Shown: one piece after another, positions 30,350 to 40,337 of the stretch
Position numbering within the stretch: the first letter of the stretch is position 1
Layout: each line of letters opens with the position of its first letter
Assembly: GCA_965247655.1 (NCBI GenBank)
Contig: OZ252032.1
Location: 4,397,414-4,461,413, forward strand
From: Candidatus Poribacteria bacterium
Lineage (GTDB): Bacteria; Poribacteria; WGA-4E; PCPOR2b
DNA: 64,000 nt
Reading direction: 5' to 3'
The notes under the pieces: model-generated
Told to the model about the DNA's origin: nothing
What the model saw: only the letters and a program-made list of their open reading frames with translations
Database searches by the model: none
Translations under genes and position numbers: made by a program

Positions 30350-31603
30350 TTATTCCCCCTCATACCCCATCTCGTCCCAAACCTCCCGTGCAAAAGCGAT
30401 AGCGTCATCGCTCGGCGGATTGAACCCGTTAATGCTGGGCGGTGGCTGACCGGGACCGCCGTGTTCGGGCCAGGGCGACCAGTTGTCGTCCTCGTACTCC
30501 ACCCGGACGGATTCACGACGGAAATCTGGAATCTCATACGGCGCACCGTTATCTAGACACGATCGCCACGCTTGGATCCCGACCATTGCCATCTCAAGGC
30601 CACGGTAGACATCGAAATAGGGAGTTTCGTTTTTGCGGATGGCTTCGGCGAAATGGTAACTTGTGAAGAAATCGCCGCCGCTGTGTCCCGCCCGTCGCGC
30701 TTCCTCAGCGTGGTGAGGAAAGTCCGGTGCGTAAATTTTTTCGCGTTCATCGCCCTCCCGCAGGTCCCACGGTTCGTGCATCACCCGTAAAGAGCCGGTA
30801 TCCCCAGACCGTAGGTTTTCCATCACTCCACGTGCACTGTGAATCCGATACCAAACGCCGTGTCCGCGCATCTTCAGCCCCATAATCCGGACGACCGAGT
30901 TGTTGTCCATACGGCAGAGGATGATGCCGCCGGGATCGCCTCGCTGGACATTCAATTTTTCGGTGTCGTTTTCGGAGTGGGGAATTGACAGCGCGTTCAC
31001 GCTGACCGGATGGGTGTCGGTGATGAACATAATCGGTGCAAGCGCGTGAGAGCAGTAGTAGGTGGAGGGAATCCAATTGCGCCAGTGGTTCATCCCCGGC
31101 GATAATCGATTGTAAGTCCGTGAATCCATGGGGTGGTTATACTCCCCTTCGCCGTACTGCATCTCGCCGACCTCATCGTTCTGGTAAAGGCGACGCATCT
31201 CCTGATTGTAGGCAAAATAGGGATAATTTTCTGCGAACAGATAGATCTTGCCGGACTTGTCCACCGCTCGCGCCAATGCGACCCCTTCTGCTGGTGTCCC
31301 ACACGCTGTTGTCTCGCTCATCACATGCATCCCCACCTCCAAAGCTTTGACGGCGAAGGGAGCGTGCTGATGAAAGTAATTCGCCAAAACAATGGCGTCC
31401 ATGTCGTGGGAGAGAAATCGATCGTAATCCGTGTACGTCGCAACGTTTAACTTTTTTCCCGCCTCACGCAGCTTCTCTTCCCATGTATCGCACAGCGCAA
31501 CCAATTCCATGCCAACAAAGGCAGCCCCCTGCGCGAACCCCATTCCGCGCCCGACGCCAACAACGCCAACGCGGATCTTATTTTGATCGATTTTCTTTGT
31601 CAC
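30350..31603 (-). CDS. Gfo/Idh/MocA oxidoreductase
   Basis: VGVVGVGRG, HVMSET, AENY, GEGEYNH, GHSGGD. Confidence 0.9.
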   Translation of the reverse strand: MTKKIDQNKIRVGVVGVGRGMGFAQGAAFVGMELVALCDTWEEKLREAGKKLNVATYTDYDRFLSHDMDAIVLANYFHQHAPFAVKALEVGMHVMSETTACGTPAEGVALARAVDKSGKIYLFAENYPYFAYNQEMRRLYQNDEVGEMQYGEGEYNHPMDSRTYNRLSPGMNHWRNWIPSTYYCSHALAPIMFITDTHPVSVNALSIPHSENDTEKLNVQRGDPGGIILCRMDNNSVVRIMGLKMRGHGVWYRIHSARGVMENLRSGDTGSLRVMHEPWDLREGDEREKIYAPDFPHHAEEARRAGHSGGDFFTSYHFAEAIRKNETPYFDVYRGLEMAMVGIQAWRSCLDNGAPYEIPDFRRESVRVEYEDDNWSPWPEHGGPGQPPPSINGFNPPSDDAIAFAREVWDEMGYEGE

Positions 31604-31654
31604 GGATGTGCTCCTTTCAGAACATCAGAAATCCACCCCTAAATCCCCAGTTGT

Positions 31655-31925
31655 TTTGAATTCCGATTTTATGCCGTTCCGTGCATCTTCCGACTCGTCG
31701 AGAATCCTCGTTGTTGTTTGGATTGTTCCAATCCAACAACATCGGGACTCGCTTCGCGGGGGCGGGGCGATAGGTGTATAGCATTGGGGGCTGCACGATA
31801 AATCGAGAAAAATACTGCTCCTAGCACAGCAACCCTGATAGCTAATCTAAGTAAATTTGGTCATTTCTAGTAGGTGTAGAGTATGGAAACTCGACCTACA
31901 GGCTACCTAGTAACTTGAGTTATGT
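31655..31925. repeat. Nested REP-like palindromes
   Basis: Inverse copy of the 24085-24147 repeat with inserted hairpin gttgtt(t)ggatt..aatccaacaac; gtaggt..acctac. Confidence 0.6.
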
Positions 31926-32142
31926 TAGTGATTTTGCTTGTTTGATATCTTGTTGTTGAATATAGTGTTGCATAAATTGCTCAAATAGTTGCATAATAAG
32001 AGAGACCTAATCGGTCAACATTGGCTTTGGTGTCATGGCGGGTCTCCCTTTTGTTGGGCTAACAATAGGAAACCCTCTTTGGCTGATTGTGTCAACTATA
32101 TTTTTGCACACTCTCTCTTAACTTGTATTAATAGGAATAGCC

Positions 32143-33132
32143 ATGCAACTTCCCCAACTTACACCGGATCAGATCCAACAACGCTGTACAGAGCAAAGTT
32201 TCACGCGCGGCTTAGACTACTTTCATGCCGGCGCAATTGACAATCCGGTCCTCCACGGCTACACCCTGTCAGCAACATGCGAGGGTACGGATATAGACCC
32301 GTATCGTGTCACTGTAGAATTAATGCCGACAGAGATCGCCTCCACCTACTGTTCGTGTCCATACGACTGGGGAGGAGATTGTAAACATATTGTCGCACTG
32401 CTATTGACCTATGTTCATGAGCCGGACGCCATTCTTTCCCTTGAACCCTTATTCGCCACACTTGAGGCAAAACCTAAGTCAAGCCTACTACAGGTCATTT
32501 CAGAATTGCTCAAACACGCACCCGAACTGGTTCCCATTGCTCAAGCATACTTAGACATTCCCGCCATCCCACTGGAGCCCGGACCGCTTCCACTCGTCAC
32601 AGCTTACCGGGAACAGATTGATAGCATCTTTGAGGATAGCTTTCTCGAACAGCACCACTTCCATCAGGTGATGGTTCAACTCGAAAGTCTGAGGCAGCAG
32701 GCGGAGTCACTCGCACAACTGGGTGAAACGGAACGTGCATTGTCAATTCTTCACGCGTTGATACATCAATCTATCGCGCGCTATTCCGACACGTCCCAGA
32801 CAAGCGAATTGCCATGGTTCGTCGATAAATGCACGCAGGCATTCACACAAATCGTCGTAAACGCGCAAGAGCCAGTTGAAATCCTTGAACACTGCCAAAT
32901 GCTGTTGCGACTGAGTTTTGATGCGGAACAGGTCTTCACACCACTTCTGACATATTTCCTAGAACAGCTCTGTTTGACGCAAGATCTAGCGGACCTAGAA
33001 ACAGCGATTGAACAAGATCTTGATGAGAGTCCAGATCGACAGGCGCATGTTCGGCTCCTGCTTGCATTGGATTTTCAATCCGGCCAGACTGAAGATTACC
33101 TCAGGCTCGTCCAATCCGAAGAGGAGGGATAG
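32143..33132 (+). CDS. SWIM zinc-finger protein, probably 3'-truncated
   Basis: RGLDYF, CSCPYDWGGDCKHIVALLL; frame reads on past the TAG (QLIHALFAG). Confidence 0.8.
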   Translation: MQLPQLTPDQIQQRCTEQSFTRGLDYFHAGAIDNPVLHGYTLSATCEGTDIDPYRVTVELMPTEIASTYCSCPYDWGGDCKHIVALLLTYVHEPDAILSLEPLFATLEAKPKSSLLQVISELLKHAPELVPIAQAYLDIPAIPLEPGPLPLVTAYREQIDSIFEDSFLEQHHFHQVMVQLESLRQQAESLAQLGETERALSILHALIHQSIARYSDTSQTSELPWFVDKCTQAFTQIVVNAQEPVEILEHCQMLLRLSFDAEQVFTPLLTYFLEQLCLTQDLADLETAIEQDLDESPDRQAHVRLLLALDFQSGQTEDYLRLVQSEEEG

Positions 33133-33246
33133 CAGCTGATACACGCTCTGTTTGCAGGGGAGAAATCGTCATTACGAAGCATTGAGGTATTCAACTGCGT
33201 AAGCTCTTACATTATTTCAGTAGTTTGCTTTATGAGCACTCCTTAG

Positions 33247-35154
33247 TTAATTTTGTAGAGTGATTTGAGTGGATAAAACTTCGATGAGTTCGTTCAAGTG
33301 AACATGTCGAAAAAACTCCGAAAGCCGCTTCTGTTTCGGTTTAATCGGGAGCAAGATAAAATCTGAACGATCTTCTTGGAGGTATTCAAACACCTTGCGA
33401 TACGCTTGGCTTGTGGCATATCCGACAACCAAAGTATAGTGATCACTGTGCTTATCAAGATAGGCTTTGAATCGATCCGCACCCAACTGGATCTGCGCGG
33501 TATTTCTGGGGGACAACTGGAAATCATAGCGCACGACAGGCTCCTCAGATTCAAACTCTTCTGGTACTGGACCATAGAGTCCGGAGAGAGTTATTTTGTG
33601 AATCGCGCGTTGATTGTTCCCAAAGGCATTTTGTAGTTTGGTGTTGATGATAGTATGTGTACGCGAAAGTGAATATGGCTTTTTTCCTGCACAGGGAATT
33701 GCCAAAAGAACCTTTTTATCCTGCGGAGGTTTGTAATCTGCTGGAATGGAAAAGGAATCAGGTGTATAATCCAGTGAAATCGTCGGTTGTTCTTTCTGAA
33801 GAGCTGAATCTGTTTCTTTTGTTGAAAATGCCGGAAAAAGTTCCAATTGATAGGGATTACTCTTGGCCGTACGCCGGTTTTCTGGCGTGGAGATACCAAC
33901 GACGGTCTTTGCCATACGATTAGCAAACTCTTTATTATTCTCCATCAACCAATCCACTGCCCTACGGATGCCTCGCCCTGCTGAAGCATGATGGACTAAC
34001 TCTTCGAGTGCCTCATCGGCTTCAATAGCGTCCTTCATACGAGACAACAGCCCCGCTTCCAACTCGAAATTATGCAAGGCGATCGCCGCATAACATTCGC
34101 TCTTGTATTTTCCGGTCGAAGTCCGCTTATAGCTTACCTCTTCCATTAAAGTGCGTTGCATCTCATCAAGGGAAACCTCCCGGCAGATGCGGCAAGTACA
34201 GGTCAGTTCGTCCAATTCCATCAGTTTCCGTTTTGTTCGTGTTAACGGATCGGAATAGCTGAGTCCACGTGCTGCTTGAATGTAGCTGGTGCTATCAAAG
34301 CTATCGACACCCATGTAAGTCAGTATAGGTGCCAGTTCACCGGAGACACCGAAAGCGTGGATGGGGGTATGGTGCCGCTCTGACGCTGGGATCGCTTTTT
34401 GAACTCCGCAGATTCGCTCAAGTATTGCTGCATCCTGTTTCCCCCGCAATGGGACTAAAGAGCCTACCGCGAGGCCAAATGAGGGCAGCACACCTAAAAG
34501 CCGGTCAAAGACCTGCCTAACATAGTTCTCAATATCCGATTGGGATTGTCCATGACAGCAAACGTATAAAAAGGGTGGTTGTGCTTTGGCTGCAAGTAAT
34601 GTAGCTACGCGACAGGCATTCTCCAGACTTAGGTTCATCCGTTTCTCAGCTTCGGAGCGTTCCAAACCCGGGGGTAGCGGATAATCTAAAGAAGCGATAA
34701 TTTCGCCCCCAAAATCTTCTTGAAGCGCGAAAATGTCATCGGCTTCGGTTTCCTTTTCAATTCCAAATTTCTTTAGGTCTAACCCTGCCTTGTAAAGCAG
34801 CTTAAATCCACCGGAGTCAAGAAATAGTGGGGCATTATAGACACCGTTTACCTCTTGATACCATTCACGCACTGTTTTTTGACGCCACTTGCTTAAATGT
34901 TTTCCCTCCAACGGAAAGTCCAGAAAGTGCAAGACTTGGGATAGCGTCGGGACATCGTGCTTCATCAAATCACGGAGCAGGTACTTCCAAAGACCTCCTC
35001 CGCGTGGAGTTGAACCAGTCAAAAATGAAACCACCGGATACAGTATCGGCGTTGCTAGAGGTGGTAAGACTTCGCCATTGCGTTGCAAACGAAGTTCACC
35101 GGTTCTGCCGCCTTTTCTCTGAACGATTGTATGGTAAGTTGGGATTGTGTTCAT
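33247..35154 (-). CDS. tRNA-guanine transglycosylase-fold protein fused to ArcS/DUF5591-like domain
   Basis: LFLDSGGF, SLDYP, AVGSLVP, IHAFG, GVDSFDS, CTCRIC..ALHN; C-terminal IPCAGKKPYSLSRTH..SGLYGPVPEEFE. Confidence 0.8.
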   Translation of the reverse strand: MNTIPTYHTIVQRKGGRTGELRLQRNGEVLPPLATPILYPVVSFLTGSTPRGGGLWKYLLRDLMKHDVPTLSQVLHFLDFPLEGKHLSKWRQKTVREWYQEVNGVYNAPLFLDSGGFKLLYKAGLDLKKFGIEKETEADDIFALQEDFGGEIIASLDYPLPPGLERSEAEKRMNLSLENACRVATLLAAKAQPPFLYVCCHGQSQSDIENYVRQVFDRLLGVLPSFGLAVGSLVPLRGKQDAAILERICGVQKAIPASERHHTPIHAFGVSGELAPILTYMGVDSFDSTSYIQAARGLSYSDPLTRTKRKLMELDELTCTCRICREVSLDEMQRTLMEEVSYKRTSTGKYKSECYAAIALHNFELEAGLLSRMKDAIEADEALEELVHHASAGRGIRRAVDWLMENNKEFANRMAKTVVGISTPENRRTAKSNPYQLELFPAFSTKETDSALQKEQPTISLDYTPDSFSIPADYKPPQDKKVLLAIPCAGKKPYSLSRTHTIINTKLQNAFGNNQRAIHKITLSGLYGPVPEEFESEEPVVRYDFQLSPRNTAQIQLGADRFKAYLDKHSDHYTLVVGYATSQAYRKVFEYLQEDRSDFILLPIKPKQKRLSEFFRHVHLNELIEVLSTQITLQN

Positions 35155-35266
35155 AGCACGATGTTTTCTCGTTAGTCCATTTACGCATTAACAATGCAGT
35201 GGGATTGAGCGGAAGTTATTCTGCTTATCAAATCTATAGTTCTTTGATGCAATTAGTTTTGCATTC

Positions 35267-35884
35267 TCAAAGGGACGGAAAAATGAATTGTTTGAGAAAA
35301 GTGGTTCTTGCATAAAACGCTCTCGTTGTACTGCCATGTCCCCTACCTTTGGTTCTTGGCTGAATATACACTCCCATTTTTCCAGTTAAAGTAGAAAACC
35401 CCGTTGTACGAATAGTTTCCCTCACCAAGTCATAATCGGCTTTGATTTGATCGTAGATAGCAGAATCATCTAAATCGAAGGTTGTCACAATGTAGAGTAT
35501 CGATTGCTTTTCTTCTCTGCTCTCCCAAATTCTGGCAGCGACGATTAGCTTACTCAATTTAGCTAATAAGTGGCTATTTTCAAAATCAGTACTTTCAACA
35601 TTGTAGGGATCAATCATCGTAATTGACATTGTTTCTTTGACTGTCAAGTCACCACTTCTTAGATATTTCAGAGGAACAACCTTTAGTTCCCACGAACCAA
35701 AATTGGGAGATTGGGAGGAATTAATGGGTAAGTTAAGATGGCACTCAAGAACGTGCCCGGCCCAACCTTTGTTCGGTTTACCTTCTTTGAAAACCGTTAC
35801 TTGGTATTTATCAGCGAAAAGCCGTAGGTCTTTTCCGATAAGCTCGGACAATTTTGAGAGCGCTTCCTGTCTTTCCATATCCAA
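35267..35884 (-). CDS. MutH/Sau3AI/MvaI-like endonuclease, single domain
   Basis: NKGWAGHVLE, SPNFGSWELK, KETMSIT, IKADY, GVYIQPRTKG, RAFYAR. Confidence 0.82.
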   Translation of the reverse strand: MDMERQEALSKLSELIGKDLRLFADKYQVTVFKEGKPNKGWAGHVLECHLNLPINSSQSPNFGSWELKVVPLKYLRSGDLTVKETMSITMIDPYNVESTDFENSHLLAKLSKLIVAARIWESREEKQSILYIVTTFDLDDSAIYDQIKADYDLVRETIRTTGFSTLTGKMGVYIQPRTKGRGHGSTTRAFYARTTFLKQFIFPSL

Positions 35885-35906
35885 TTCCTTTATAACGAAT
35901 ACCTAA

Positions 35907-36908
35907 TTACTTCTCGGCTAGCTCATCAAGCCTCTTTTGAGCAATCTGGTTATACGATTCTTCTTTCTCAATCATCACCCATTTTCGGTTCTGTTTTTCC
36001 GCGACGACCCCGGTCGTCCCAGTCCCTGAGAACGGATCGAGAATCAGATCATCTTCATTGGTTCCCGCCAAAACGAGCCGTTCGACGACTTTGAGCGGCT
36101 TCTGCGAGGGGTGTTTCCCATATCTTCGTTCCGAAGGTTTAATCAGCGGAATTTCCCACATATTTCGCATCTGTTTGTTATTATTCATCGCCTTCATCGT
36201 TTGATAATTGAACGTCCAATTCTTTGCCTTTTTACTTTCATTGTTGACCGTCCATAGGATGAACTCAGTAGACTCGGTAAACATTCGACAGGTAATATTG
36301 GGCTGTGCATTCGGTTTATACCAGACAATTTGAGTGATAATCCGCCGGTCAAATATATTTTGTAGAATAAACCCAAGCGTAAAGATGCTGTGGAACGAGC
36401 CGAAAACAAAGATATTCCCGTTTGGCTTGACAACTCTCAGGACTTCAGTGACCCAATCGAGTGTAAACTGGAAATATTCGTCTTTTGAGAAAATATCCCA
36501 ACCTTCCTGCATGGTAATATGGGAACTAAACGCCCAGCCCAACCCCTTCTTTTGAGATATATTGAACGGTGGATCCGCGATGCAGCAATCGAAGACAGTG
36601 TCCGGCAAAGAAGGCAGAATACTGAGACAATCGCCGCATAAAATCTGCTTGACAGGCAAATTCTCAAATGAAGAATCCGGGAATAAGGTGAGCACGTCTT
36701 CTGATAAAACTGTCTGTATCTGATTTTCTGACGCAACTGTACATTCCGCTTCCGGATCTGAATCGAGCACAGTTTTCGGTTGAAGTGGATGGACTTCCGT
36801 TGTAAGATATTGAATCAATTGGGCTTTATTCAGGGATGAGTATCGTCTTAATCCACGTTTTTTCGCCTCTTTCCTCAGATCTTTGTATCGCATATGATCA
36901 AAGCTCAT
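35907..36908 (-). CDS. Beta-class amino-DNA methyltransferase (DpnA-like) with N-terminal Rho-N/SAP-like domain
   Basis: ADPPFN (motif IV) precedes LDPFSGTGTT (motif I); KPNAQPNITCR, KQMRNMW, GKHPSQKP; N-term KDLRKEAKKRGLRRYSSLNKAQLI. Confidence 0.9.
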   Translation of the reverse strand: MSFDHMRYKDLRKEAKKRGLRRYSSLNKAQLIQYLTTEVHPLQPKTVLDSDPEAECTVASENQIQTVLSEDVLTLFPDSSFENLPVKQILCGDCLSILPSLPDTVFDCCIADPPFNISQKKGLGWAFSSHITMQEGWDIFSKDEYFQFTLDWVTEVLRVVKPNGNIFVFGSFHSIFTLGFILQNIFDRRIITQIVWYKPNAQPNITCRMFTESTEFILWTVNNESKKAKNWTFNYQTMKAMNNNKQMRNMWEIPLIKPSERRYGKHPSQKPLKVVERLVLAGTNEDDLILDPFSGTGTTGVVAEKQNRKWVMIEKEESYNQIAQKRLDELAEK

Positions 36909-37061
36909 TGGTTTTCACTCCTTCAATTTCTTGATAGGCAAATCAATCTGTTGATACAGTATTTTCGTTACTTCCTCGCTTACTACTAACGCTTCTTTAT
37001 CCAACACCATGAGCTAGGCATCTCGCTCTACTTCAAGAAAAACCATACCACGAAATCCATC

Positions 37062-38657
37062 CTATGCCCGTCGCAGGACGTGCCCACTACGCTCCCCGGT
37101 CAACTCCCCATCTTTCACAGCTACTTTTCCATTGACGATGACATGGTGCATACCGATGGCGGTCTGGTTGGGCTCAAAGGTGGTGCCCTGATCCGCGAAA
37201 GCCACCGGATCGAAAATTGCCACATCCGCCCACGCCCCCTTGCGAAGGACACCCCGATCGGTTAAACCGAGTCGGTTGGCTGGCAGCAACGTGATCCGGC
37301 GGACAGCCTCTTGCGGACTGAGGGTCTTTTTGTCGCACACAAAATGCTGATAAAACCAAGATGCCCATGTGTACGCGCCGTGGAACGATGTGCCTGCTAA
37401 AGGTCCGTCAGTCGCCAACGCGGTGGCGTCGGAGCCAACCATGCAACCGGGATGCTCAAAGGCGATGCGAATATCCTCTTCCCGATAGGTGAAGGCGAGA
37501 ATCATCAGGCTGTGGAGGTCGTCGATCTCAGCGAGCAAGAGGTTGTAGATAGTGTCGAACGGGTCAACGCCCGTCAATTCGCTGACTTCAGCGATGCTCT
37601 TTCGGGAAAATTCGGGATGCGCTCTGCTGTCAAAGAGGACGATGTTGTTCCAATCACCCCGTGCTAGAGCGGTGATGATACTGGGATAGGTTTTCAACTC
37701 TCGGCGGGTGGCAGCTGACTGTAGGCGTACGGCGATGGCGGTTGTATCCCCCTCTAGCACCCAAGGCGGCAAGGCAGCACTCAGATTGGTGGTTCCGAAC
37801 AAGCGTGTGTGCATATCAAAACCGACATCTAACCCACGATCCTGTGCCTCGTCAACCTGCCTGAGCGCATCTTCGATTGCCCCCCGTCCATCTTCAGCCA
37901 GCCGCGAGACCACGGAGATGTGGGAGATCTGTAGAGGTAGGTTCGATGCAGCCCCGGTCCGGATTGCCTCCGCGATGGTTTCCTGCGCCTCCCCGTCCCG
38001 ATTGCGGGTATGAGTTGCATAGAATCCGCCGGCATCAGATGCTACTCGACAGAGTTCAATGATCTCCGCTTCCGTACAGTCTCTCTCAGGTCCGTATTCG
38101 AGACCTGTGGAAAAGCCGAACGCCCCTTCCTCTAGGCTCTGTGTCAGCAGGTTTTTCATCTGCCTAAGTTCATCCGGTGTTGAGGGACGATCCACCAATC
38201 CGGCGACGGCGAGGCGTAGGTTGCCGTTCGGAACGAGGGAAGCCACGTTGACCGTTGGCTTGCCCACTTCAAGAGATTCGAGGTATTCAGCCATGGTGCG
38301 CCAGCCGATCTCGTGCCCTTCTTGGTGCCCGTAGATGTTCATCTTTGCCAATTCCGGGTCGCCGATGGGCGCACACCCGTGACCACAGTTGCCAACGACT
38401 TCGAGCGTCACGCCTTGGGTTATTGAGCTCAGTGCCCGTGGATCGACGATTATTGTGAAATCGGAATGGCTGTGGATATCAATGAAGCCGGGTGCGACAA
38501 AGAGACCTTGGGCATCCAAGCACGGTACACCCTCCTGTTTTTCGATCGTCCCAATGTCGAGGATTCTGCCATCTTTGATTGCCACGCCCCCACGAAAAGG
38601 TGGGGATCCTGTGCCATCAATAACGGTCCCGCTGTGAATCAGGAGATCAGCCTGCAT
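37062..38657 (-). CDS. N-acyl-D-amino-acid deacylase
   Basis: PGFIDIHSHSD, GNCG, GFSTGLEY, GSD, ADVAIFDP. Confidence 0.9.
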   Translation of the reverse strand: MQADLLIHSGTVIDGTGSPPFRGGVAIKDGRILDIGTIEKQEGVPCLDAQGLFVAPGFIDIHSHSDFTIIVDPRALSSITQGVTLEVVGNCGHGCAPIGDPELAKMNIYGHQEGHEIGWRTMAEYLESLEVGKPTVNVASLVPNGNLRLAVAGLVDRPSTPDELRQMKNLLTQSLEEGAFGFSTGLEYGPERDCTEAEIIELCRVASDAGGFYATHTRNRDGEAQETIAEAIRTGAASNLPLQISHISVVSRLAEDGRGAIEDALRQVDEAQDRGLDVGFDMHTRLFGTTNLSAALPPWVLEGDTTAIAVRLQSAATRRELKTYPSIITALARGDWNNIVLFDSRAHPEFSRKSIAEVSELTGVDPFDTIYNLLLAEIDDLHSLMILAFTYREEDIRIAFEHPGCMVGSDATALATDGPLAGTSFHGAYTWASWFYQHFVCDKKTLSPQEAVRRITLLPANRLGLTDRGVLRKGAWADVAIFDPVAFADQGTTFEPNQTAIGMHHVIVNGKVAVKDGELTGERSGHVLRRA

Positions 38658-38669
38658 CTGTTTGTCCCC

Positions 38670-39428
38670 TTATCTCGCTGTCCAGCCCAGATCTATTGTC
38701 CAGTCCGCACCGGTGATGGCACCGGCTGCCTCGGAGCAGAGGTAAGCGACAAGGGCAGCTACCTCCTCCGGCGTGATGAGTCGCTTGATGGCAGCAGGTT
38801 CTAACATAACCTTTTCAATGACATCTTCGGTCGAAATCCCGCGTGTCCGCGCTTGATCGGCAATTTGGTTCTCAACCAGCGGTGTACGGACATACGCCGG
38901 GCAGATGGCATTGACGGTGATACCGTGTTCGCCGCCTTCCAGTGCTGCAGTTCGCGTGAGTCCGATGAGACCATGTTTGGCTGTTATGTAAGCACTTTTG
39001 AAGGGAGAAGCAACCCGTCCGTGAATGGAGGAGATGTTGACGATGCGCCCGCACCCGCGGGTTTTCATTGACCCCCAGACATATTTGGTCAGCAAGAAGG
39101 GCGCAGTGAGCATCACCGCCAACATTTTGTCCCACGTGTCTTCGGGAAAGATCTCTATCGGGTCAATATGCTGGAAACCTGCGTTATTGATCAGAATGTG
39201 GACACCGCCGTAGTGAGCCAATGTCTCGTCCACAAGGCGTTTGCAGTCTGTCCGTTGCGACAGATCTGCTCTTACGAAATGCCCACTGATTGTGGCGGCG
39301 AGCTCTTCGCCCGCATCAGCATTCAGATCAACGACGACCACCCGATCTCCACCGTCCGCAAGTGCTTCGGCGATGGCTTTGCCGATTCCACTCGCCCCTC
39401 CGGTAACAATAGCAACACGTTCGCTCAT
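38670..39428 (-). CDS. 3-hydroxybutyrate dehydrogenase-like SDR
   Basis: [42 protein letters not shown]. Confidence 0.88.
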   Translation of the reverse strand: MSERVAIVTGGASGIGKAIAEALADGGDRVVVVDLNADAGEELAATISGHFVRADLSQRTDCKRLVDETLAHYGGVHILINNAGFQHIDPIEIFPEDTWDKMLAVMLTAPFLLTKYVWGSMKTRGCGRIVNISSIHGRVASPFKSAYITAKHGLIGLTRTAALEGGEHGITVNAICPAYVRTPLVENQIADQARTRGISTEDVIEKVMLEPAAIKRLITPEEVAALVAYLCSEAAGAITGADWTIDLGWTAR

Positions 39429-39468
39429 CTTCCCTCTCCTCGCTATTGTTGGTTGGCTTTGTTGTGAT

Positions 39469-39885
39469 TCAGAGCGGAGAATCTTGCAAAGCCGGTGTGC
39501 TAGGAACCTCAAGAGAGAACGAAACACATTCAATTTCCCAATCAACCCATGACACTGGTTTCTCCAAAATTCCCTCAAGCCCAAAGATTAAATGTGCTTC
39601 ATTATTATGTGAAAACGGTCCATCTATCACTTTTTGGGCACTTTTGAACTGACCTTGGACGGGATCCCCAATGTATTCAAAAAGGGTTCGCTCAGATCTA
39701 ACCACTCCTTCAAAAATCATCGTACAGTCCTTCAAATATAGGAGCCGATCTGATGAATTTAGCGGATGGTCTGGCATAATACCCAGATTATGAATTGCAA
39801 CTATCAGCCGGTTGCCCTCTATTAATGGAGGCTGAAGGTGGCATTCAAAAAAATCATAATAATCATGATAGCCTGTTATTTTCAT
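39469..39885 (-). CDS. Hypothetical protein (immunity-like)
   Basis: 138 aa, acidic/aromatic, AT-rich; overlaps the upstream gene by ATGA. Confidence 0.55.
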   Translation of the reverse strand: MKITGYHDYYDFFECHLQPPLIEGNRLIVAIHNLGIMPDHPLNSSDRLLYLKDCTMIFEGVVRSERTLFEYIGDPVQGQFKSAQKVIDGPFSHNNEAHLIFGLEGILEKPVSWVDWEIECVSFSLEVPSTPALQDSPL

Positions 39886-40310
39886 CTTATTTTTTTGAAT
39901 ATTGTTGTTCTGACTGCCAAATTCGGAATAGGAATGCTATTAGTCGAGCGAAAAACAAGATGAGAAAACTTTTCAGGTAGTTCTCCAAATCGTTGGATAA
40001 CACATAAACCCATTCGGTCAAGATCTTGTTGAGACGGAAATCTTCCATTTCTGACCCCGAACCGAAAACCGTTGTGTTCAGTAGCATTTATGAAAACTTT
40101 TCCGTCTTTTTTCAGGACACGAGCAGCTTCATCAAGAAATACGGCGCGTGGTCCGCTTGCAATGATTTCATCCACCGAGTTCTCATGAAAAGGCACGCCT
40201 ATGCTAATATCAGTCCTAATACCTTGTGCCGCTATCCTATCTACGTTTATCGCCCCAGGAATTTGTGAAGTCAGCCCACCAAAAAGATCCAAAATTATTA
40301 TATTTGTCAA
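39882..40310 (-). CDS. Minimal class I SAM-methyltransferase-like protein
   Basis: LDLFGG, GAINVD, PFHENSVDEIIA, LDEAARVLKKDGKVFI. Confidence 0.55.
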   Translation of the reverse strand: MTNIIILDLFGGLTSQIPGAINVDRIAAQGIRTDISIGVPFHENSVDEIIASGPRAVFLDEAARVLKKDGKVFINATEHNGFRFGVRNGRFPSQQDLDRMGLCVIQRFGELPEKFSHLVFRSTNSIPIPNLAVRTTIFKKIR

Positions 40311-40337
40311 GGAAAAACTGCTCTTTGATTATCGACT

